The position numbers were made by a program, and so were the translations under genes. The notes below the pieces were generated by a model that saw only the letters and a program-made list of their open reading frames with translations, was not told where the DNA came from and did no database searches. A DNA stretch of 63,522 bases, the filler included. It is 6 parts of 6 records of this genome, joined end to end, with 100 filler letters (N's around TTAATTAATTAA, not from the genome) between each part and the next. Parts side by side here need not be neighbours in the genome. Positions count along the whole stretch, not along the records: positions 14,961 to 30,038 come from SRR20825010_2961; positions 30,139 to 55,565 come from SRR20825010_2964; 4 more parts are not named here. One strand, written 5' to 3'. Shown piece after piece: positions 29,249 to 35,468 of the stretch. Positions within the stretch are counted from its first letter, which is position 1. The number at the start of each line of letters is the position of its first letter.

Positions 29249-30038
29249 TTGTCCGCCTCATACAGGGCGAGGAGGAAGTCCCGGACGACAGGCCCGCAGA
29301 CCGAACCGCCGTAGCTCGGAGTGAACGCCACCCGGCAGGCAAACGCAATTCTCCGATCAAAGCCGGGCAGACCGGCCTGCGGTTCGACGTAACCGACCAG
29401 CCAGGAAGCGTATCTTCCGTCCGGCGGGGAATTCGCATGGCCGAACACCGGCGCGGTTCCGGTTTTTGCGAAGATCGCATTCCGCAGTTCCTCGGGAATC
29501 TTGGCAAATGCGCTGCGCGAGGTGCCGCCCTGGTTTCTTATGACGGCTCCCATGCCGTCGCGTATTTCCCGCAGGAGCTGGTCCGCCAGCGCCTGCTTCT
29601 CCGGCGGCGCGATCAGCAGCGGCTCGCCTTCCAGCGGATCATCCGTCGGGCCGCGCTCTGCCCGCGGCACGAGGTGGGGCCGGACAATCCTGCCCGTTGC
29701 CACGGAGGCTGCGACCGACGCCATCGCCAGCGGGCTGGCCGTGACGCTGAGGCCGATGCCGCCGCGCGCCAGCCTGAGCCGGCGCGGTTCTCCGGGAGGC
29801 ACCGGCAAACCGGCTTCAACGATCATCGGGCTGGCACGGCCGCGTCCGGTCGCCGGATAATTCACATCCAGGATATCAAGCGCGCTCTTGCGCTCGACCG
29901 CCTCGGGACTGCGGGCGGCGGGGAAAAACCTTTCGGCCTCCCTGGCCAGCAGAAGATCGGAAACAGGCCTGGTGTGTTCGAACCCGGTTTCCGGATCCAC
30001 CAGCTTGTCGGCATCCAGGTACATGGCGATGCCGGCGA
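29245..30038 (-). CDS. Penicillin-binding protein transpeptidase domain, 3' part (truncated by contig end)
   Basis: GIGLSVTASPLAMASVAASVATG, KTGT motif, SWLVGY; ATGA overlap with the SEDS gene. Confidence 0.9.
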
Positions 30039-30138
30039 NNNNNNNNNNNNNNNNNNNNNNNNNNNNNNNNNNNNNNNNNNNNTTAATTAATTAANNNNNN
30101 NNNNNNNNNNNNNNNNNNNNNNNNNNNNNNNNNNNNNN
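30039..30138. other. Artificial contig linker
   Basis: N run + TTAATTAATTAA + N run. Confidence 0.99.
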
Positions 30139-30139
30139 A

Positions 30140-30205
30140 AAAATCCATCTGCTGCCCCATATCAAGGACACCCAGACAATCATTACCTTCAACGCTTTCA
30201 CCTGA
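30140..30205 (+). CDS. 3' end of an Lrp/AsnC ligand-binding domain protein (host)
   Basis: KIHLLPHIKDTQTIITFNAFT*. Confidence 0.55.
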   Translation, partial: KIHLLPHIKDTQTIITFNAFT

Positions 30206-30286
30206 TTTTCTGCAAAGATAAAAGATATACTAACAAAAAACGCGGTGAGATTTTCGCCGCGTTTTTTGTCGGTACCGCATCTGATG

Positions 30287-30760
30287 CTAGTTGCGCACCA
30301 CATCGCGGATCACATCAAGGATGATATCGGTCCCCTTTTCAATCAGGACCACATCATTGCCGACAATCTGGCGAATGGCATCCGAACGATATGGCAGACG
30401 CGACTGCAAATCCGCAGGAAGATCGCGCTTGGCAATCCCCGGGGGTAAGGTGCCGCCGCGCTCAAGCTTCATGGCAATGCCTGGTGGCAATCCGTCTTGG
30501 CCGTTGCCGTTGTCCTTGCTCTTGCCACCTTTGCCTCGATTTTCGTCATCGCCAATATTGCGGTCAACCGCATCAAGCACGTCATAAATGATGCGCCGTT
30601 CTTCTTGGCTAAAACCACCTGATTGCGCGATTTCGTAAACTGGCGCGGCAGCCGGCTTGCTCGCAGCCGCCGTTGCCGTCAGAACCATCACTGCCAGCAA
30701 GGTCGAACCCGCAAGTAACAATGGTTTGGCGATGGACTTGAACTGATCGAAATACATCAT
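30287..30760 (-). CDS. Exported CigR/RcnB-like protein (host)
   Basis: Signal peptide; GLPPGIAMKLERGGTLPPGIAKR, IVGNDVVLI. Confidence 0.75.
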   Translation of the reverse strand: MMYFDQFKSIAKPLLLAGSTLLAVMVLTATAAASKPAAAPVYEIAQSGGFSQEERRIIYDVLDAVDRNIGDDENRGKGGKSKDNGNGQDGLPPGIAMKLERGGTLPPGIAKRDLPADLQSRLPYRSDAIRQIVGNDVVLIEKGTDIILDVIRDVVRN

Positions 30761-30877
30761 CGCAACCTCGTCGGATTATTAAAGCTGATCCATCATAGAT
30801 GATGTTCGAGAACGCCATTAGCGAGCCCGCCTGTTACGATAACGTTTGAAATGATTGTTTTATTCCCGGCTCAAAAG

Positions 30878-30903
30878 AAAAAAGCACCCTTTTGGGGTGC
30901 TTT
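30878..30903 (-). terminator. Intrinsic terminator downstream of the tRNA 3' fragment
   Basis: Minus strand AAAGCACCCC-AAA-AGGGTGCTTTTTT. Confidence 0.85.
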
Positions 30904-30909
30904 GATCAA

Positions 30910-30928
30910 TGGCGGACAAGGAGGGATT
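30910..30928 (-). other. Prophage attachment core: displaced 3' end of a tRNA (probably Ser)
   Basis: Minus strand AATCCCTCCTTGTCCGCCA (half T-loop, acceptor, G discriminator, CCA); the rest of the tRNA is absent. Confidence 0.8.
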
Positions 30929-30996
30929 GGGACCGATCTTACACTTATCATCAAGTGTTTGTTTTTGCTTGTTTATTAAACTTATTGATTTTGCGT

Positions 30997-31030
30997 TGTG
31001 TACCAAAATGTGTACCAAAATGTGTACCAG
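30997..31030 (+). repeat. Tandem 12-bp repeats, integrase arm-site-like
   Basis: TGTGTACCAAAA TGTGTACCAAAA TGTGTACCAG about 70 bp inside the att core; IHF-like sites lie between. Confidence 0.75.
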
Positions 31031-31073
31031 TTTCGGTGCGATGACGACGGCCTAGAAATCGGGGATGATAATA

Positions 31074-31088
31074 GAACAAAACAGGAAC
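31074..31088 (+). promoter_or_regulatory. Alphaproteobacterial LexA (SOS) box
   Basis: GAAC-AAAACAG-GAAC (GAAC-N7-GAAC), 17 bp upstream of ATG 31106. Confidence 0.75.
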
Positions 31089-31105
31089 AATCAGGATAAA
31101 TAAAA

Positions 31106-31459
31106 ATGCCCGATTGGGATGGTTACATCACGCTGCGCGATGCGGCCCGGCATGATGATCACATGTTCGTCTATTGCGCGAACCATCTATGCGATCATGG
31201 CGGGGTTTTACGCCTTGGCCCACTGATCGAACGGCATGGCCCTGATATCGGACTGGGCGATATCCTGCGCAGGATGCGCTGTCAGGTATGCGGACATCTG
31301 GGCGCATACCCGCGCGCAACGACACACAGTGCTGATCACATCGCCAAGCCACTTTATTGCCCGCTACAAGGGCGCGGGCACCGGCGGTGCCTGCCCCTGA
31401 CCGAATGCGTCAAAAGCTGCCGCCTCGGCCCCACACGGGCCGGGCGGCAACAGCATTAG
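31106..31459 (+). CDS. Small Cys/His-rich Zn-ribbon-like protein
   Basis: CANHLCDH and CQVCGH pairs plus four more Cys; RBS AGGA. Confidence 0.75.
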   Translation: MPDWDGYITLRDAARHDDHMFVYCANHLCDHGGVLRLGPLIERHGPDIGLGDILRRMRCQVCGHLGAYPRATTHSADHIAKPLYCPLQGRGHRRCLPLTECVKSCRLGPTRAGRQQH

Positions 31460-31689
31460 GAACGGCATGCCCGCAATTCCGACCGCACCCGGCCATAATC
31501 GATCATGGCACGTTCCAACGCCGAACCATCCGGCAGGGCTTCCAGTTCATCGGCAAGACGCCCCTGAAATTCCACACTATATTCGATCACCGGCGGACAG
31601 ACGGCAGAATCAGAATTTGCCGTTGCGCAGCCGGTCAACAACACCGGCACGATCAGAAGGGGCAGCAGCAGCCGCTTTGCGTTGTGCAT
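31456..31689 (-). CDS. o-spanin (Rz1-like lipoprotein)
   Basis: MHNAKRLLLPLLIVPVLLTGC lipobox; overlaps the 3' end of the i-spanin; last lysis gene. Confidence 0.8.
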   Translation of the reverse strand: MHNAKRLLLPLLIVPVLLTGCATANSDSAVCPPVIEYSVEFQGRLADELEALPDGSALERAMIDYGRVRSELRACRS

Positions 31690-31849
31690 TGACGTTCTCC
31701 AGGTTGCGCGCCATGGTTTCGACCCGTTCGGCCTGCCGCCCCGCCTGCCGGGCGGAAAACAGCACCAGCAGGACGGCAAGAACCGCCCCGCCGATGATCG
31801 CGATGCGCATCCACGCACCCGACAGAAACGCGCCAATAGCCGCGATCAT
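31610..31849 (-). CDS. i-spanin (Rz-like)
   Basis: N-terminal TM, helical tail ending DRLRNGKF; follows the endolysin. Confidence 0.75.
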   Translation of the reverse strand: MIAAIGAFLSGAWMRIAIIGGAVLAVLLVLFSARQAGRQAERVETMARNLENVNAQRKAAAAAPSDRAGVVDRLRNGKF

Positions 31850-32493
31850 ACCAGCCCCTTTGCACGGTCATTCAGCCGGGCATAAATAGCCCATCCCGCG
31901 CCAATCGCGCCCAAAACGACACACCCCCATTTGATCACGTCAGACAGGTATGCGTATTGCTCAAGCGTGGACGAAATGTCTGCCGCTACAGGGCCGACAA
32001 CCGCCATGACACCAGCTACAGACGCACCCTTGATCGTCCGCGACTGCGAAAGCGGGCGTTGCTGATCCAGCGCATCCTTGGCACTGACCGGCGCAGGCGT
32101 ATCGATATCATTAAAGAACAGGTGGCCTGCGGTTTCAAAGCAAGGCACTTTGCCTTTGGCCCAGAATGTCTTTGAACGCACCGCGCGGGTCAGGTAATGC
32201 GTTGCCGTGCTGGTCTGATCTTCAAGCCGTCCCTCGACCGCAAGCTTGGCAATTGCACAGCATTTGTCAAACCACGCACCGGATGCACTCATGATCCGCG
32301 ACAGGTTCGGGTCGTTCTGATTCCAGCAGGAAAACTGCCACGCCTGTTTGCACACCGCAGCCGGGGTTGATGGCCAGTTGCGATACCCAACCCGGTTCAT
32401 CACAACACAGGCAATCGCCTGTGCATCCGCAACGTCATTTGCCTTGGCCTCGCCATAAATCGTCCGGGCCAGCGTATCAATCTGCAAATCCAT
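31846..32493 (-). CDS. Endolysin, SleB/Hydrolase_2 family, with C-terminal hydrophobic helices
   Basis: LARTIYGEA, VVMNRV, WQFSCWN, ATHY, GHLFF; QSRTIKGA followed by two TM-like segments. Confidence 0.88.
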   Translation of the reverse strand: MDLQIDTLARTIYGEAKANDVADAQAIACVVMNRVGYRNWPSTPAAVCKQAWQFSCWNQNDPNLSRIMSASGAWFDKCCAIAKLAVEGRLEDQTSTATHYLTRAVRSKTFWAKGKVPCFETAGHLFFNDIDTPAPVSAKDALDQQRPLSQSRTIKGASVAGVMAVVGPVAADISSTLEQYAYLSDVIKWGCVVLGAIGAGWAIYARLNDRAKGLV

Positions 32494-32494
32494 A

Positions 32495-32692
32495 TTAACC
32501 CCCACTTGCCAACGCAATGATCAGCAGGACCACAAAGACGATGACGCCAGTCACAGCCCCACCGGCAACCCCGGCAATCGTCAACCAGACACCACCGATC
32601 AGAAAGAACGCACCAACCCCGCCAATCACGGCACCGGCAACGGCAAACACCCAGATCACCGGATCACGCATAAGATCACGTAGCAGTTTCAT
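32495..32692 (-). CDS. Small two-TM membrane protein in the lysis cassette
   Basis: 65 aa, almost entirely hydrophobic; ATGA overlap with the holin. Confidence 0.65.
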   Translation of the reverse strand: MKLLRDLMRDPVIWVFAVAGAVIGGVGAFFLIGGVWLTIAGVAGGAVTGVIVFVVLLIIALASGG

Positions 32693-33021
32693 TTTTCCGT
32701 CCCTTTCGGTGCATAGCGCACAAGCAACTTGTCCAGAAGGACCTCGCCACCCCGCGGCCCCAGCCATGAACAAACGCCGATGCAGGCGATCTGCTGGCTG
32801 CCGACAAGGTCAAGATAACTGGCAAGGCCGACACCGACCGCGCAGCAAAGAACCGCCATCGGCAATTCCCACAACAGGTCCCACGACCAGAACCGTCGCT
32901 GCCCAACCCGCACCAAGCGATGATGCCAAAGCAGCCGCACCATTAGCGAAAACGCCAGCAACGGCGCATTCAGCTTGAGGATCGCGGCCCAATCGAAATC
33001 CGGCGGTATGTTTTCCTGCAC
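32689..33021 (-). CDS. Holin (LydA-like)
   Basis: RRFWSWDLLWELPMA...SWLGPRG; TM helices; upstream of the endolysin. Confidence 0.75.
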   Translation of the reverse strand: MQENIPPDFDWAAILKLNAPLLAFSLMVRLLWHHRLVRVGQRRFWSWDLLWELPMAVLCCAVGVGLASYLDLVGSQQIACIGVCSWLGPRGGEVLLDKLLVRYAPKGTEK

Positions 33022-33062
33022 CTTGTCACCCCCTGATGCATGAAGTCGGCACTGATCGTTGC

Positions 33063-33383
33063 TTACGCCGGGCTGCCGATATCACCGCGCGACGCCGGAA
33101 CAGGGGCGACCGGACGCCATCCCTCGCCGCTTGCCAGAACGCAGGTCGCACCCGCCGGATAGGTAAACAGGATTGACCAGCTTTCGCCATCTGGCGAGGC
33201 AAGCACTTCCAGAACCCCGCCATTGGCCGTGATCCCCTCGGCCACCGGCACCTCGCCATATTGCGCGCCCAGATGCGCTATCACCCGGTCGCGGTCGACG
33301 CACACGGGTTGGGCGGCAAAAGTGGGGTGCGATGGCAATAAAAAAAGGACCGCGAACATCGCGATCCCGAAATACTTTTTCAT
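33063..33383 (-). CDS. Small exported protein
   Basis: Signal peptide; C..R...L...YGE...G...LE...S.DG.SW...G.TC..ASG.GW pattern. Confidence 0.75.
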   Translation of the reverse strand: MKKYFGIAMFAVLFLLPSHPTFAAQPVCVDRDRVIAHLGAQYGEVPVAEGITANGGVLEVLASPDGESWSILFTYPAGATCVLASGEGWRPVAPVPASRGDIGSPA

Positions 33384-33417
33384 ATCTGAAACTCCGTTAC
33401 ACGGTCAAAATGTGGAC

Positions 33418-34086
33418 TTATTCACATTCGATGTGAACGTAACCACCTTGCCCCGGATGGCCGTTCTGCCCCCACCAGCCACCTTTGCCGCCGCCGCCGG
33501 TATCGCCTTCATTTCCACCACGACCAAACAGGCGCGACGTGCCATCCATTCCAGCCGGTGCCCCAAGATTGAACTGACCAGCACTGGTGATTTCGGTCGG
33601 CCATGTATATGACCCACCCTGATCGCTGGTATTCGTCGCGATGTTGCCACCAACGCCGCCCGGCCCCGGCTGCCCGTTGCCGCCATACCCACCCTGCGCT
33701 GAACCGGCAATCATCTTGAACCCGTTGGGCCATGTGATTTCAGTATGTGTCGGCGCGGTGCCACCATTACCACCCGGATATACGCCTGCGGCACCGCCAG
33801 TCGGAATAGTCACTTGCAGGTTAATTCCGCCTAGCGCGCCACGCACATCGAACATTCCCTTGGCACCTGATCCGCCGCCGCCACCCGCCGAATTGGCGTT
33901 ACCGGCACCACCACCACCACCGGCACCGTTGATCCAGAATTGACAGCGATCAGACCCGGCCGGAATGGCATAGGTGGTGTTGGTTCCCGCCCCAAAATCC
34001 TTCTGGCTGGCTGCGTGAACCGCGAAAGGCATGACGAAAAGCGCGGCTGCAAGAGCCACGCTTCGCAAAAAGCACATAACATTCAT
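33418..34086 (-). CDS. Glycine-rich domain protein with a signal peptide
   Basis: Sec-like signal ending AVHA; GAGGGGG, GGGGGSG, GGYGG, GQGGYVHIE. Confidence 0.8.
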   Translation of the reverse strand: MNVMCFLRSVALAAALFVMPFAVHAASQKDFGAGTNTTYAIPAGSDRCQFWINGAGGGGGAGNANSAGGGGGSGAKGMFDVRGALGGINLQVTIPTGGAAGVYPGGNGGTAPTHTEITWPNGFKMIAGSAQGGYGGNGQPGPGGVGGNIATNTSDQGGSYTWPTEITSAGQFNLGAPAGMDGTSRLFGRGGNEGDTGGGGKGGWWGQNGHPGQGGYVHIECE

Positions 34087-34100
34087 GATTTTTACCTTGC

Positions 34101-35132
34101 TTATCCGCCACCGAACGGCAGCGTAAACCCAGAAATATCAACCTTCAAAAACCGACCAGCGGACGGGGTTGACCACGTGTAGAAAAAGTTTCCTGTATAA
34201 GGAATTTGAATTTGTGATGTGTTGAAGTTGCGGTTTCCCGCAGTGTTCTGACCGACATACATACGGATGAAGTCATTGGCAGCGATATGTCGCAAAGCCG
34301 CATAAGCATCTAGCGTCGTGTCTGTTTGCTGAGCCTCAACATTAGCGGTCAAACGACGTGCAATCGGCGGAACAAACGCACTGTAATCAATCGCCGTTTC
34401 AGTTGTTGCCTGACCAGCAGCTAGTACGTTCTGTTGAGCGTAATAAGATACGCTGTTGCCATACTGGAAAAACGGGATGAAGTTGGAGCTTGCATTGTTC
34501 CTGACCGCCCCAACCAATGCCGAATAATCGTATCCTGTCGGCTTGTTCGGAGCTGTAGAACTTGCCGAAAGCAGTAAAGCCCCGGTTCCGTCACTTTGCG
34601 CAATTGCGTGGATGTAATAAAAAGTACTTGGGGCTTCCAAACCTGTATCGAGGCCGTTAACACCGGAAGTTTCAATATCCAGCGTACCTGTCATCGTGGC
34701 ATAAACAATTGCGCCACCACTGTCCTTAAGCGCGATATCTTCGATGCTATAGCCGATCTGATAGTTCGGATTTGCAGTGTTGCTGTTGATGTTGATGCTT
34801 TCGGCGATACCGGCAGGCACTTGCGTTGCAATCCCCGATAAACCGGAACCATCACCATCGGCCCGCAACAGCCCTCCGGAACCACCTGCCGCGACATCAG
34901 AAACGCGCAAAATTGCACTGGCAAGCGGACCATGATCTATCCACGCCGTGTTCGCCGCATTGCGCTGTTTCAGATGACCTGTATTGGTGTCGTTCCAGAT
35001 CATATAGGCTTCGGTGACCGATGGTGCCGTTGCGCCTGAATTACCACTCAGGATCGCCTGCAAGACATCATTGTTATCGACGCGATATGCCGCACCTGAA
35101 GCGTTCGCAAGGACATAATCATGCTGCGCCAT
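34101..35132 (-). CDS. Tail fibre / receptor-binding protein
   Basis: MAQHDYVLAN..GA..R.D.N..L.A N-terminus typical of tail fibres; GVNGLDTG...STFYYI beta-rich body. Confidence 0.75.
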   Translation of the reverse strand: MAQHDYVLANASGAAYRVDNNDVLQAILSGNSGATAPSVTEAYMIWNDTNTGHLKQRNAANTAWIDHGPLASAILRVSDVAAGGSGGLLRADGDGSGLSGIATQVPAGIAESININSNTANPNYQIGYSIEDIALKDSGGAIVYATMTGTLDIETSGVNGLDTGLEAPSTFYYIHAIAQSDGTGALLLSASSTAPNKPTGYDYSALVGAVRNNASSNFIPFFQYGNSVSYYAQQNVLAAGQATTETAIDYSAFVPPIARRLTANVEAQQTDTTLDAYAALRHIAANDFIRMYVGQNTAGNRNFNTSQIQIPYTGNFFYTWSTPSAGRFLKVDISGFTLPFGGG

Positions 35133-35135
35133 GGC

Positions 35136-35456
35136 CTATGCCCCCTTTTTGCGGATTGCCGCAATCCATTTGGCCGTACTGGCCGGCAGCGATATACCCG
35201 CTGCATCGGCCAATGATTGCAGTGCATCGGCAATCGCCATATCCGGCTTGACCGCCAAGGTGTGGCGCACCGGAACAAACTTGGTTTTGCAATCCGAAAG
35301 CCGGTATTGTCCGGGTTTCAGGTCGCAATCGGCAGGCACAATGAACCGGCCAGTCGCATCCGAAACCTGTTCCTTGCCCTGATACAGACCATCTGAATCA
35401 ATAATGGCCACCCATTCCGTATCACCGGAACGGGCAGCCGCTTTACGCTTTGCCAT
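35136..35456 (-). CDS. Phage hypothetical protein (tail region)
   Basis: Fills the gap between tail tip and fibre genes; RBS AAGGA. Confidence 0.7.
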   Translation of the reverse strand: MAKRKAAARSGDTEWVAIIDSDGLYQGKEQVSDATGRFIVPADCDLKPGQYRLSDCKTKFVPVRHTLAVKPDMAIADALQSLADAAGISLPASTAKWIAAIRKKGA

Positions 35457-35468
35457 TTATGGATATCC

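Noticed and set aside
30910-30934. Complete tRNA gene
   Set aside because: Only the last 19 nt match; the TTC of the T-loop and all upstream arms are absent
30997-31030. Possible CRISPR array
   Set aside because: 12-bp units with no spacers; the context fits integrase arm sites; no cas genes in the window
33418-35132. Diversity-generating retroelement or invertible tail-fibre cassette
   Set aside because: No reverse transcriptase, template repeat or invertase seen in the available sequence
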